From Eledone cirrhosa (Eukaryota): a stretch of DNA of 64,000 bases. Positions 38,975 through 52,958 of this stretch are shown one piece after another. The notes beneath the pieces are model-generated. The model saw only the letters and a program-made list of their open reading frames with translations, did no database searches and had not been told where the DNA came from. Within the stretch, counting starts at the first letter, position 1; every line of letters starts with the position of its first letter. A program made the position numbers and the translations under genes. The stretch is from NCBI GenBank assembly GCA_964016885.1, contig OZ024759.1, positions 10,726,001 to 10,790,000 of the forward strand, in the 5' to 3' direction.

Positions 38975-39228
38975 CAACCGTGGTCACGAAGGTGGCTGTG
39001 GAGGCCGATCCTTGACTTGCAGGTCCGGGGACAGTGAGGGCAGGGGAAGAGACCGGAGTCAGTTGGGGCAGCTGCTGATGGCTTTCTTCTCCTATCACGG
39101 GCCTCAGTGACCTCTGCCTGTCTCTTCTCTTCAAAAGAGTATTTGGCACGTCTGGTAAAGGCTCGCCACTCAGTCCTGTCCTGAGCATGGGACTCGAGTT
39201 GTTTTGGGGCGATTCCAGTGTTGTCATC
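38975..39228 (-). mobile_element. RTE LINE 3' fragment with C2H2 finger
   Basis: AQDRTEWR...FPCPHCPRTCKSRIGLHSHLR. Confidence 0.8.
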
Positions 39229-40174
39229 ATCATCATCATCGTTCATTTTTCAATGCTGGCATGGGTTAGACGAGTTGTCCTGTTGTGAACAATGCAAGGC
39301 CAGGTGACCATATGTGGCTCACACAGAACAATTTTGGCTTGGTTTCTACAGATGGATGCCCTTCCTAGCACCAACCTCATTTACATTCAGTTTTTGTGTA
39401 GCAAATACTTGTCACAAGGTATTGATCAACCCAAGGCAATAGGAAAAGTCAATTGAACGAGGTACTACACAGAGGGACTGAACTCCAAACCATGTGGTTG
39501 GAAAGCAAACTCATTAAACATTGTCATGTCTAATGAGTTTAAAAACAATGGCCATTACACACAAGTAGATATATCAATGAAATAACAGAGGACGTACCAA
39601 AGCTAATTCTGGATTGTCGTTAGGATCCTCACCAGCACAACCACCTTACAGAATGGATTGGGTGCTGTCTCTCGTCATGTTATAAGCATGACCTCCTTAC
39701 GGGGTAAACAAAGTGCTTTTTGGTCATGGCAGCAGCATTGTGGGAGAGTAGATTTGCAGTATGTTCAGCTTTCTAGGCTTGTATGGTATGGTATGACCCC
39801 GTAACTCCTGATGGAGTTGTAGGGGCACTGTATTGACACACAGCATTTCTTGGGCATTTTAAGCCTGGCAAAGCCCATCGCTCTCCAGACCTGAGTACAG
39901 CAGGTTTCTTCCAGAGAGAGGAAGAATCGATCTCAGTACTAAACTTGTACTTTATTTTAATTGACTTTGAAAGGATCAAAGGCCAAATTGACCTTGGTGG
40001 GATTTGAACTCCAAGAGCAGAGAGCCAGAACGAATACCATAAAGCATTTCTATCCGACTTTCTAACGACTCTGCCAACTCGCCACCTATCCTTGAATGCA
40101 GGGGTTGAACAGGACATGAGAGATATATCAGGAACGTCAATATATAAATGAAATGAAAGCAACAGAGAACTCAC

Positions 40175-40313
40175 CAAAGCTAATTCTGGATCCTCGTTAG
40201 GATCAACATAATCATTTACTCCAGTGACTATGCCTTCTTCTTGGTAAACAATGGGTGAAGTCGAAAGAACATTAGATAACATTGAACCAGATGGCACCGT
40301 TAGAAGATGGGAA
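40175..40313 (-). CDS. PSMD4: PSMD4 exon 7
   Basis: SHLLTVPSGSMLSNVLSTSPIV...VDPNEDPELAL; AG/GT boundaries. Confidence 0.93.
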
Positions 40314-41053
40314 CTGTAAATATATAAAGAGTGCTGTGAGAATAATATTAAACTGACCCCTTTTCTATAGCAACCTCATTTGAAATTGTCCCTGATTCTA
40401 CGATGCAATCATAAATTATTGTTCCAAACACTATCTTAATAATGAGGAATTTAGTTACATCACTAGATCCAATTCTTTGCTAAATAAAAAAATGTTAAAG
40501 TCTTTAATGAGGCCAGAGTTTCTTTTCGTTTCATCAGAGTTAAGCATGTGATAGTACGACAATCTCCCTGGAAGTCCATAGCAGAGTCAACTCCTTCTCC
40601 TGGCCACAAATGCTGGTATACAGCTTTTTCAACTGGAGCAAAATGAAATGAAATGTCTTGTTCAAGGAAACAACACACTATTGGGTCCGGGAATCGAAGC
40701 AACAGCCTCACAATCATGAGCCCAATAACTTGATCACATAGCCGTATACATCTGTTGATTCTGTCCAGTTCACTTGTTCTATCTCCAGAGGTAACATATC
40801 CCACATAGCTGTGATTCTGTCCACTTATTCTTCAATATCTCTAGGGGGTACTTTACTCAAAATATTCCACTATTATCTTTAGTTATCTACATTGTGGTGA
40901 CTTCCCCAAAGAAACTATATTTTAAAATTTGCCCAACACTTTATAAATTAACCATATGTTCTTAACAATTATTCCAATTGTCATCATCAGCATCACCATC
41001 CCTTTTTTACGGCCAATTTTGCACACTGGCTTGAGTAGGATGACACTTTTTAA

Positions 41054-41218
41054 CCCTTTAGCATTTACATTACTCTATATTTACCATTGTATTTTCAGGA
41101 TTTTGATATTTATTTTGATAACAATACCTTAACATCAGTATGAGCAGCTGGTTACAGCCAATTTGTACAGAAAGAGGTGAGAGAATTCTGGCTGGATATG
41201 GCTGGTTTAAATAAAGGG
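41054..41218. mobile_element. Same MITE, short copy in the opposite orientation
   Basis: TTAA-CCCTTTAGCATTTAC...AAAGGG-TTAT. Confidence 0.7.
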
Positions 41219-41359
41219 TTATGGCAATGTTTTAGAGCCCGATACCCTTTCTCACACCAACCCTTTTTAGAGACTGCCCACAACATGCAGGGTCATGTGG
41301 TGTACATATACAGGGGATACCCACAGCCAAAACTTTCATTAGTAGATGAAACCACTCAC

Positions 41360-41418
41360 CTGTTAGAGTTACCATTTATTGCAGACAGGAGTGTCGTTAA
41401 TTTACTGGTATTGCTGAC
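41360..41418 (-). CDS. PSMD4: PSMD4 exon 6
   Basis: VSNTSKLTTLLSAINGNSN; polypyrimidine acceptor, gtgag donor; phase 0/2 fits exons 5 and 7. Confidence 0.85.
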
Positions 41419-42039
41419 CTTCGCAGGAGAGAAAAGGAAACAAAAAACAAAACATATAAGTTAATATAAACATGCGACCCACGGCAGAAGAGGATTTCAA
41501 ACAGAATATTTGTTTCCCAACATTTTGGACTAATTCACATATCCCACTATCACATACGTGTTTTGTATGAAAAGAAAAAAAAAAAAAAAAAAAAAAAAAA
41601 AAAGCAGCCTATCAGCTGTATTGCAAATTAGAATTATAACCAGTGGAAATTGTGACCCCTATCTGCAACACACTGCTGTGCCTCTTTTCCGGGATGCCTC
41701 AGGCATACTAACTACACCAGATTCTTCATACACCCAGCTTTTCTCTTAGTTCATTAATGCCCTGCTTTTCATACACACTGCCATACCACACTCTTCATAC
41801 ACACCACTATTACACATCCAATAAGGCATGCTGGCTTTATTTCTCTCCAACCTCACTATATCCTCTACATTTATGTCCCATGTCTCACTGCTAATCAAAG
41901 AAAGAATATTAATTAGGTGCCGATTAGCTATAATTCAGATTAATAAGCCACAATAACAACAACAAACTGTGTAGATTCAGAATAATTAAGAAGATTAATC
42001 AAGTGGTATTAATGAAGAATAAACACCCACCATGATAGT

Positions 42040-43172
42040 GTAATGTACAACTCCCACATTTGTATGTTTAGCTGGTTTCATGCAAGGTTTCTCAAGTGTT
42101 TTAATGATAGGGACCCCAGACCTATCATGATGTTACAGCTCACACCTAAGTAGGTTTAGCTGGCCTCCTACAAGGATGTATCCCATAGGTTTCTCTGAAC
42201 TTTAATAATAGGGACCCCAGTCCTATCATGTTGTTACAGTTCAGACCTATGTAGGTTTAGCTGGCCTCCTACAAGGATGTATCTCAATGGAGGTTTCTCT
42301 GGTGTTTTAATGAAAGGGACCCCAGTCCTATCATGTTGTTACAGCTCACACTTATGTAGGTTTAGCTGGTCTCCTACAAGGATGTATCCCATAGGGGGTT
42401 TCTCTGGTGTTTTAATGAAAGGGACCCCAGTCCTATCATGTTGTTACAGCTCACACTTATGTAGGTTTAGCTGGTCTCCTACAAGGATGTATCCCATAGG
42501 GGGTTTCTCTGGTGTTTTAATGAAAGGGACCCCAGTCCTATCATGTTGTTACAGCTCACACTTATGTAGGTTTAGCTGGTCTCCTACAAGGATGTATCTC
42601 AATGGAGGTTTCTCTGGTGTTTTAATGAAAGGGACCCCAGTCCTATCATGTTGTTACAGCTCACACCTATGTAGGTTTAGCTGGTCTCCTACAAGGATGT
42701 ATCTCAATGGAGGTTTCTCTGGTGTTTTAATGAAAGGGACCCCAGTCCTATCATGTTGTTACAGTTCAGACCTATGTAGGTTTAGCTGGCCTCCTACAAG
42801 GATGTATCTCAATGGAGGTTTCTCTGGTGTTTTAATGAAAGGGACCCCAGTCCTATCATGTTGTTACAGTTCACACTTATGTAGGTTTAGCTGGCCTCCT
42901 ACAAGGTTGTATCTCAATGGAGGTTTCTCTGGTGTTTTAATGAAAGGGACCCCAGTCCTATCATGTTGTTACAGCTCACACCTATGTAGGTTTAGCTGGC
43001 CTCCTACAAGGATGTATCTCAATGGAGGTTTCTCTGGTGTTTTAATGAAAGGGACCCCAGTCCTATCATGTTGTTACAGTTCACACTTATGTAGGTTTAG
43101 CTGGCCTCCTACAAGGTTGTATCTCAATGGAGGTTTCTCTGGTGTTTTAATGAAGGGACCCCAGTCCTATCA
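42040..43172 (+). repeat. 102-bp tandem array, about 11 copies
   Basis: Direct observation; 34-codon periodicity in the ORF track. Confidence 0.95.
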
Positions 43173-43779
43173 AGACAATGCACCAGTAATTGAACCCATG
43201 ATACTCTGAGTCTATGTAGAACACATTAACCACTTGACCACACATACCTTTCACCCACCATAATACATAAAATATAAATGCAGAGAAACTTTATCGACCA
43301 TACTATAACCATGTTTATTTATATATATATATATTTATGTCTAGCCCTTTCAAATGTATACACACAAACTTGCAATGCTCTTCCTATATCAGTCATAATG
43401 CTACAATAAAAAGTTTGTTTTCAAATCACAAGGACCTGGGTTCTAACCCTACACTTGTCCCCCTAAATAGTTATTTCTTCACATTTACTCCTACATCTAA
43501 TCATGTATGTCATTTGTATATATATGCTGAACATTTATGTAATTATATATTAGATATATCATTTAAATATCATTTTAATATTCAATCATTTCTAGATGTC
43601 AGTTATCATCATAAACTATAGGGTTTCTCTTATATTTGCCATTAATTTATTCAAAACACAAATTTCCTAGTTTGTATAATTGTTCATATATCCAGCAATC
43701 TTGGTAGATATGACATACAAATCCTGAACTCTAAAACTGAAATATATTTAATCCCATTGTCATCATTATTGACAGCATT

Positions 43780-46700
43780 TGTCCACTAGTCCTGGTATCA
43801 CACACCAATCCTGGACATTCAACCCCATTGCTGTCACTGGTCCACTAGTCCTGGACATTCAACCCCATTGCTGTCACTGGTCCACTAGTCCTGGTATCAC
43901 ACACCAATCCTGGACATTCAACCCCATTGCTGTCACTGGTCCACTAGTCCTGGACATTCAACCCCATTGCTGTCACTGGTCCACTAGTCCTGGACATTCA
44001 ACCCCATTGCTGTCACTGGTCCACTAGTCCTGGTATCACACACCAATCCTGGACATTCAACCCCATTGCTGTCACTGGTCCACTAGTCCTGGTATCACAC
44101 ACCAATCCTGGACATTCAACCCCATTGCTGTCACTGGTCCACTAGTCCTGGTATCACACACCAATCCTGGACATTCAACCCCATTGCTGTCACTGGTCCA
44201 CTAGTCCTGGTATGACACCAATCCTGGACATTCAACCCCATTGCTGTCACTGGTCCACTAGTCCTGGTATCACACACTAATCCTGGACATTCAACCCCAT
44301 TGCTGTCACTGGTCCACTAGTCCTGGTATCACACACCAATCCTGGACATTCAACCCCATTGCTGTCACTGGTCCACTAGTCCTGGTATCACACACCAATC
44401 CTGGACATTCAACCCCATTGCTGTCACTGGTCCACTAGTCCTGGACATTCAACCCCATTGCTGTCACTGGTCCACTAGTCCTGGTATCACACACCAATCC
44501 TGGACATTCAACCCCATTGCTGTCACTGGTCCACTAGTCCTGGTATCACACACCAATCCTGGACATTCAACCCCATTGCTGTCACTGGTCCACTAGTCCT
44601 GGTATGACACCAATCCTGGACATTCAACCCCATTGCTGTCACTGGTCCACTAGTCCTGGTATGACACCAATCCTGGACATTCAACCCCATTGCTGTCACT
44701 GGTCCACTAGTCCTGGTATCACACCAATCCTGGACATTCAACCCCATTGCTGTCACTGGTCCACTAGTCCTGGACATTCAACCCCATTGCTGTCACTGGT
44801 CCACTAGTCCTGGACATTCAACCCCATTGCTGTCACTGGTCCACTAGTCCTGGTATCACACACCAATCCTGGACATTCAACCCCATTGCTGTCACTGGTC
44901 CACTAGTCCTGGTATGACACCAATCCTGGACATTCAACCCCATTGCTGTCACTGGTCCACTAGTCCTGGTATCACACACTAATCCTGGACATTCAACCCC
45001 ATTGCTGTCACTGGTCCACTAGTCCTGGTATCACACACCAATCCTGGACATTCAACCCCATTGCTGTCACTGGTCCACTAGTCCTGGTATCACACACCAA
45101 TCCTGGACATTCAACCCCATTGCTGTCACTGGTCCACTAGTCCTGGACATTCAACCCCATTGCTGTCACTGGTCCACTAGTCCTGGTATCACACACCAAT
45201 CCTGGACATTCAACCCCATTGCTGTCACTGGTCCACTAGTCCTGGTATCACACACCAATCCTGGACATTCAACCCCATTGCTGTCACTGGTCCACTAGTC
45301 CTGGTATGACACCAATCCTGGACATTCAACCCCATTGCTGTCACTGGTCCACTAGTCCTGGTATGACACCAATCCTGGACATTCAACCCCATTGCTGTCA
45401 CTGGTCCACTAGTCCTGGACATTCAACCCCATTGCTGTCACTGGTCCACTAGTCCTGGACATTCAACCCCATTGCTGTCACTGGTCCACTAGTCCTGGTA
45501 TCACACCAATCCTGGACATTCAACCCCATTGCTGTCACTGGTCCACTAGTCCTGGACATTCAACCCCATTGCTGTCACTGGTCCACTAGTCCTGGACATT
45601 CAACCCCATTGCTGTCACTGGTCCACTCGTCCTGGACATTCAACCCCATTGCTGTCACTGATCCACTAGTCCTGGACATTCAACCCCATTGCTGTCACTG
45701 GTCCACTAGTCCTGGTATCACACACCAATCCTGGACATTCAACCCCATTGCTGTCACTGGTCCACTAGTCCTGGACATTCAACCCCATTGCTGTCACTGG
45801 TCCACTAGTCCTGGTATCACACCAATCCTGGACATTCAACCCCATTGCTGTCACTGGTCCACTAGTCCTGGACATTCAACCCCATTGCTGTCACTGGTCC
45901 ACTCGTCCTGGACATTCAACCCCATTGCTGTCACTGATCCACTAGTCCTGGACATTCAACCCCATTGCTGTCACTGGTCCACTAGTCCTGGTATCACACC
46001 AATCCTGGACATTCAACCCCATTGCTGTCACTGGTCCACTAGTCCTGGACATTCAACCCCATTGCTGTCACTGATCCACTAGTCCTGGACATTCAACCCC
46101 ATTGCTGTCACTGGTCCACTAGTCCTGGTATGACACCAATCCTGGACATTCAACCCCATTGCTGTCACTGGTCCACTCGTCCTGGACATTCAACCCCATT
46201 GCTGTCACTGATCCACTAGTCCTGGACATTCAACCCCATTGCTGTCACTGGTCCACTAGTCCTGGTATCACACACCAATCCTGGACATTCAACCCCATTG
46301 CTGTCACTGGTCCACTAGTCCTGGTATGACACCAATCCTGGACATTCAACCCCATTGCTGTCACTGGTCCACTAGTCCTGGTATGACACCAATCCTGGAC
46401 ATTCAACCCCATTGCTGTCACTGGTCCACTAGTCCTGGACATTCAACCCCATTGCTGTCACTGGTCCACTCGTCCTGGACATTCAACCCCATTGCTGTCA
46501 CTGATCCACTAGTCCTGGACATTCAACCCCATTGCTGTCACTGGTCCACTAGTCCTGGTATCACACACCAATCCTGGACATTCAACCCCATTGCTGTCAC
46601 TGGTCCACTAGTCCTGGACATTCAACCCCATTGCTGTCACTGGTCCACTAGTCCTGGTATCACACCAATCCTGGACATTCAACCCCATTGCTGTCACTGG

Positions 46701-47192
46701 TCCACTAGTCCTGGACATTCAACCCCATTGCTGTCACTGGTCCACTCGTCCTGGACATTCAACCCCATTGCTGTCACTGATCCACTAGTCCTGGACATTC
46801 AACCCCATTGCTGTCACTGGTCCACTAGTCCTGGTATGACACCAATCCTGGACATTCAACCCCATTGCTGTCACTGGTCCACTAGTCCTGGTATGACACC
46901 AATCCTGGACATTCAACCCCATTGCTGTCACTGATCCACTAGTCCTGGACATTCAACCCCATTGCTGTCACTGGTCCACTAGTCCTGGACATTCAACCCC
47001 ATTGCTGTCACTGGTCCACTAGTCCTGGTATCACACACTAATCCTGGACATTCAACCCCATTGTTGTCACTGGTCCACTAGTCCTGGATATTCAACCCCA
47101 TTGCTGTCACTGGTCCACTAGACCTGGTATCACATACTAATCCTGGACATTCAACCATATTGCTATCATTATTGACAGCACTGGTCCATTAG
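43780..47192. repeat. 35/52/54-bp satellite in PSMD4 intron 5
   Basis: tcctggacattcaaccccattgctgtcactggtccactag with an optional tcctggtatcac(ac)accaa insert. Confidence 0.95.
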
Positions 47193-47219
47193 TAAACCCA
47201 TAAAAACAAAGGCACTCAC

Positions 47220-47288
47220 CTCTTCTCCAAAGTTAACAACATCAACATTGACGTTTTCCTTTCTCAAAATTTTACCAATTTTCTCGAG
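47220..47288 (-). CDS. PSMD4: PSMD4 exon 5
   Basis: LEKIGKILRKENVNVDVVNFGEE; 69 nt; gtgag donor. Confidence 0.93.
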
Positions 47289-47548
47289 CTAAAACAAAGA
47301 AAATATTAACCTTTCTGTTCGCATATATCTATAATTTACAAATATTTTTGAAAGTAATCAAGAATTTCTTGGCAGTTCTTACATAAAATCAAAATGAAAG
47401 GCTTTTAGATAAACATAAACACTTTAAAATAGACAGCTTTACATCGTAGAACCAGGAGTGGTTTCAGACAGTTTAGTTGAATAAATCTGTACATAATAAT
47501 TTCAACAATAGGCCGAAGACCAGCAATTTTTAGTGGGAAAGTTATTAC

Positions 47549-47722
47549 CCCTTTGTCATTTAAACCGGCTATATCTGGCCAAAATCCTCTCACTCCTTTC
47601 TGTGTTCAAACCGGCCGTTCATGCCGACGTTAAGGTATTCTTCTCAAAATATATGATATCAAAATCTCATAGAATCGATATTATGTGAGGTAAAGCCTTT
47701 AACCACAAAATGTAAAAAAGGG
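47549..47722. mobile_element. Same MITE, diverged and nested in a SINE
   Basis: Similar internal sequence, ends AAAGGG-TTAA. Confidence 0.65.
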
Positions 47723-47724
47723 TT

Positions 47725-48345
47725 AAATCAATCCAAGTACTTGACTGGTATGTAATTTCATCAACCCTGAAAGGATGAAAAGAAATGTTCACCTGGGGTG
47801 CAGAAGTACTGGAACGAATGCTATAAAGCTTTCTATCAAACATTCTAATGGCACTGCCATTCTGCTCTCATAAATAATGGTTTCTTATACAGGCACAAGG
47901 CCAGCAATTTGGGGAGAAGGGAAAGTCTATTAAATCAACCCCAGTGTGTGACTGGTACTATATTTTAACGACCCCGTAAGGATGAAAGGCAAAGTTAACT
48001 TCAGTTGGATTTGAACTCAGACCGTAAAGGGCCATAACTATGCTGCAAAACATGGCATCCAACCCGCTACCAATATTGCCAATCCACAGCCCTAATAATA
48101 ATAATAATTGTTTCTACTTTTGGCACAAGGCCAGCAATTACCCAGTGTATTACTGGTACTTTATTTTATCGACCCCGTAAGGATGAAAGGCAAAGTTAAC
48201 CTCGATGGGGTTTGAACTCAGAATGGCAAGGGCCGTAACTCTATGCGTCAAAGCATGGCGTCCGACCCTCTACCGATACTGCCAATCCATCGCCCTTTAA
48301 TAATAATAATAATGGTTTCTACTTTAGGCACAAGGCCAGCAAGTG
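47725..48345 (-). mobile_element. Cluster of 3-4 tandem copies of the second SINE family
   Basis: Repeated reverse-complement core separated by (TAA)n. Confidence 0.8.
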
Positions 48346-48554
48346 TTTTTGGAGGGTGAGTGAAGGTGAGGAGGGAGTCAATAACATCCCAGAAGAGATG
48401 AAAGGCAAGGTGGACTCTGGCAGGTTTTCTAAGGAGTTTTCTAAGGAGTTTTAATTTTGAAATTGCAAGGATAATCTCAGTCAAAGCAGGACTGGGTTTA
48501 GGGAATTTAATAACAGAAAGAGTTAAAAGAAGAAACATATGGTAAAAATAATAC

Positions 48555-48641
48555 CTCTTTTTCATCATCTTGAATGGGGCTAGCAACAAACATTACAATC
48601 CTCATTTTGTGGTTTCTACCTTGACGATGTTTTAGAGCCAG
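48555..48641 (-). CDS. PSMD4: PSMD4 exon 4
   Basis: [29 protein letters not shown]; 87 nt, phase 0/0. Confidence 0.93.
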
Positions 48642-49004
48642 CTACAACAAAAACAACAACATTATGATTACATTCATCAATAATACACTACATGTATTTC
48701 TATATATATATAACAAATAGTTTATATACAAATCATGCCGATCAGTCACTATATATTCCAGAAAATATATTTTCACTAGCTCTGACAGTTGACAGGTAAG
48801 CAGTACTGATGAAGGGTAATCACCCAGAAACATTAGTGTCTGCCATTCTCTTTATATGCCAAGACAAGAGAGCAAGAAAGACGGAGTCATTCTACTCACA
48901 TGACTTAAAGAGGCTGTTTGCATAATTGCAAACAAATCAAATATTATTATTAATATTAAAAAAACTCATTTACATATCATCATCCTCATTTTACGTCCGC
49001 TTTT

Positions 49005-49225
49005 CTCTAGAGAGAGCGAGCTTGGGGATAAACTTGAGGAGAAGCTCGGTTTAAGAGGAATCCGAGGTGGTCTGCAATAGAGAAGATGGCATTGATATGA
49101 ACAAGTGATGTGCATGGATGATGATCGATGAGTGAAGAAGTGCCAGGAAATTCCAGTGGAAGGAAGTAGCAGTAGAGGTAGACCGAGAAAGACCTGGGCA
49201 GAGCTGACCTCAAAGCACTGAGACG
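49005..49225 (+). mobile_element. Degenerate RTE fragment
   Basis: DNA similarity to 61430-61670. Confidence 0.65.
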
Positions 49226-50349
49226 ACTCAGTGATTTGAGGTTAGATGTAATTATACACTAAAAATAAATTTTTGAAATACAATTTTATTGTTAATTACT
49301 TCCATATGTCAGTAATGAACATAAACTATCGGGCTTCTCTTGTGAAAACTATACATTTATCAAAATGCAAATTTACTAGTTTGTATAATTGTTCATATAT
49401 CCAGTAATCCTGGTATATATGACATACCAATCTGGACTCCAAAAATTAAATAGATTCAACACTATTGTTGTCATTGGCCCATTAGTTTCCTTGCATGCTT
49501 GGAAAAACAGACTCCCTCCACACCTGCATTCAAACAGTGTTGGTGCCATGACAAAAATTACCCTGTAAGGTGGTCGTGCTGGTACCATGACAAAAAAGGA
49601 CCCAGGGTACCCTGTAAAAATGGTTGGCATTAAAAAGAGTATCCAGATGTAAAAAACCAAGCCAAAACAAATCTGTATGAACAAGACCTGGCTAACCTCG
49701 ATGTGAGAACTTGTCTAACCCATACAAGCATGGAACTACAAGGGAATGCAGAAACGTTCCTGGCTTTGGGTAAAAGAAAATACAAGAGGATTAGTTAATT
49801 ATGATTTTATTCAACGTGTAAACGTGGTTGTTGTTAGAAAGGGCATCCAGCCGTAGAAAACCCGATCAATCTTGCCTCAAGTAGGACAATTCCCGTCTGA
49901 ACCCATGCTAGCGTGGAAGATAAATGTCAAACGTTGATGATGATGATGATATTACCCTCTCAGATTCGGTCTTTACTTTTTCTAAGCCCTTGAACCAGCC
50001 TCTGTAGCAATCAAACTAGGAACCTTTCAGCATCCCCTTGTATAGATGTTAAAAAGTGATGGTGTACGCACATATATATATCCTCACATACAATCATTTA
50101 TAAGCAGAGCAATCACTTTAAAGTCTCCCTGTTAAAGCAATGATAGACGCAATCATCAGGGAGTCAGATGCCTTTTTTTGCTAACCCTTTTAGCTTACCC
50201 CTATTCTAAACCACACACACATATTAAGTGGGCTTCTGTAGTTTCCAAATAATATTTCTTCCAGTGATCACCATGTGGAGACTCAGGGTTAGTAACCAGA
50301 CAACACACATGGCAAGTGTGTCAGAGGTCAAAGAATGAAATATATTTAA

Positions 50350-50746
50350 ACCTTTAGCATTTAAACCAGCCATATCCGGCCAGAATTTTCTCACCTCTTT
50401 CTGTTCAAACTGACTGTAACCAGCCACTCATACTTAAGTTAAGGTATTGTTCTCAAAATAAATATCAAAATCTCGTAGATTCAATATTATGTGAGGTAAA
50501 GCCTTTACTGTGAAAATACAATAGTATATATAGAGTAATGTAAATATTATGTGAAGAAAAGCCTTTACTGTGAAAATACAATAGTATATATAGAGTAATG
50601 TAAATGTTATGTGGGATATTATGTGAGGTAAAGCCTTTACTGTGAAAATACAATAGTATATATAGAGTAATGTAAATATTATGTGAAGAAAAGCCTTTAC
50701 TGTGAAAATACAATAGTATATATAGAGTAATGTAAATGCTAAAGGG
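50350..50746. mobile_element. Same MITE with about 4 internal 60/73-bp units
   Basis: TIRs plus tandem units. Confidence 0.8.
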
Positions 50747-50770
50747 TTATTCTCAAACACTGATACTTAC

Positions 50771-50882
50771 ATGAGCAACCCGGATGGCAGTTCCAAATTT
50801 AATATCGCCATTTGGTTGAACTTGATGTAATTTAGATAATATCCGACCCACATCAGTCGTCAGGGTAACCAGAACTTTCACA
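50771..50882 (-). CDS. PSMD4: PSMD4 exon 3
   Basis: [37 protein letters not shown]; AG/GT boundaries. Confidence 0.93.
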
Positions 50883-51437
50883 CTAGCAAAATATAGCAAC
50901 AGAAAACAATATATACACACATATATATCTATATATACACACACACACACATATGTGCTAAAGGCTAACAGAACAAGTACAATGAAGAAATATATTAGTT
51001 TTACATTTGATATAGAAGAGCATTTTACTGATGTTTGTGCATTGCCCTATGTACTGTACATGCACTTTTTTGATGGGTTGTGGTGCACCTGGGCACTGTA
51101 CACAATATTTCATTATTGTTATTATTATATCATGACTCATACACTGTTCATTTTCCTGACACTTTATTATTCTATGTACTATACATGCACCTTTGATGAG
51201 TTGTAGTGCACCTGAGCACTGTACACAATAATTTCATTATTATTATTATTATTATTATCACAGACACTAGTCCATCATTAAATAGAATTATGTATATATA
51301 TTTATATCTATGGTAATATTGAGGTTTTCCAACATTATGGCCTGCCACTATACATTGAAACATATACAGAATTAAAATTAAGTTTTAAGTAACTTGGTTA
51401 TTCTCACTCCATTAATACACACACACACATATATATA

Positions 51438-51815
51438 TCATCATCATCATTTTACGTCCGCTTTTCCCTGCTTGCAAGGGGTGGGACGGGAACTGATTCT
51501 GGCTTGATTTCTACAGCTGGATGCCCTTCCTAACACCAACCCTATTTACAGTGAGTGCTGGGTGCTTTTTTTTCCATGGCGCCTACACGTCCACTTTACA
51601 GTGTGGGCTGGGTGCATTTTTGCCGTGGCACCTACACGACCACTTTGCAGTGGAATGATAGGGACCCCAGTCTATATCATCTCATTTCTATAGCTGAGTA
51701 AACTGGAGCAATGTGAAATAAAGTGTCTTGCTCAAGGAAACATCACATCACCCAGTCTGAGAATTGAACTCACAACCTTTCGATTGCAAGGCCAATGCTC
51801 TAACCACTAAGCCAT
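51438..51815 (-). mobile_element. Same SINE family, with an extra internal repeat unit
   Basis: Similarity to 10855-11180. Confidence 0.85.
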
Positions 51816-51902
51816 ATATGTATATATATATATATATATATATACTGTTTTCCCTGTTCCACCCATCCAGCTGAGGCCATGCTGGGGCACCACTCTTGTA
51901 AT

Positions 51903-52198
51903 ATACTGTATTTCCTGTTATCGAAGACGCTACTTTTTTCCTAAAATAAGTCGACAAAATCTACCATGCGTCCTCGAAGACAAAGCATCTTCGGTGCCGG
52001 GTAATACAGTATATAACGTATATGCTGGCACACAAGACGACATCTGGAGCCTAAAAATCTCTCCCCCAAAACCAGGGGTCAACTTGTCCGCCGAACATAA
52101 AATGTGGAAGTATGAGTGCTGCTTCACCTGAACTACACCTCAGAATTTTAAGGGTCGACCTATGCATCAGATTGACTTGTTCACTGGCATATACGGTT
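51903..52198. mobile_element. Two adjacent Tc1/mariner-pogo-like MITEs; relative at about 22690-23222
   Basis: TIRs TACTGTATT/AATACAGTA and TA(A/C)CGTATATGC/GCATATACGGT with TA flanks. Confidence 0.55.
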
Positions 52199-52817
52199 TA
52201 TGTAATATTAATTGTTTCTACTTTAGGCACAAGGCCAGCAATTACCCAGTACATTACTGGTACTTTATTTTATCGACCCCCGTAAGGATGAAAGGCAAAG
52301 TTAACCTCGGCGGGATTTGAACTCAGACTGTAAAGGGACGTAACTATGCTATAAAGCATGGCGTCCAACCCTCTACCGATACTGCCGAAATATCATTAAA
52401 ACATTATTTTGTCTATTAACATGTGATGTGCACAAGACAGAGAAAGAGAGAGAGATGACATTATGAGTTAGTACTGGTGCCATGATAAAACACACCATAT
52501 AATGTGGTTGATGATAGGAAGGACATTGAGCGGGGGAGAAGTAATGCTAAATATGGTACACAGGAGTAAGATGTGTTTAGCTGAGTGATGTAGCATCAAC
52601 CCACGCCGGCATTGAAAATAGACATAGAATGATCATTATTCAATCACTTTCATCCTTCCTCAACACATGACCCAACCATCTCATTCTATTTGTCTTTACA
52701 ACATTCATCACTGGCTCGAGTCCTCTCACCGCAGTTACACTTTCATCCTTCCTCCACACATGACCAAACCATCTCAGTTGTGGACTGAGAAAAAGGAAAT
52801 GTCTAAACGATACTTAC

Positions 52818-52958
52818 TCAGACATTACTAATAAACCAACATTGTTTTCTGGGTTTGAACGAGTCTTTGATATACAAATAACATTCACTGCATCTTGTTG
52901 GGCATGAAGTCTTGTAGGAGTGTAGTCCCCATTTCTCATATAATCGCTGTTGTCGACA
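52818..52958 (-). CDS. PSMD4: PSMD4 exon 2 (VWA domain)
   Basis: [43 protein letters not shown]; AG/GT boundaries; 141 nt. Confidence 0.95.
   Translation of the reverse strand, partial: CRQQRLYEKWGLHSYKTSCPTRCSECYLYIKDSFKPRKQCWFISNV

Noticed and set aside
39773-40174. Extension of the PSMD4 exon 7 ORF
   Set aside because: Intron read-through into a SINE after the GT donor
42277-43209. 310-aa repetitive ORF
   Set aside because: Stop-free frame of a 102-bp satellite, antisense in a PSMD4 intron
43780-47192. CRISPR-like appearance of regular repeats (also 26205-26956 and 28798-31678)
   Set aside because: No unique spacers, no cas genes, eukaryotic intron context
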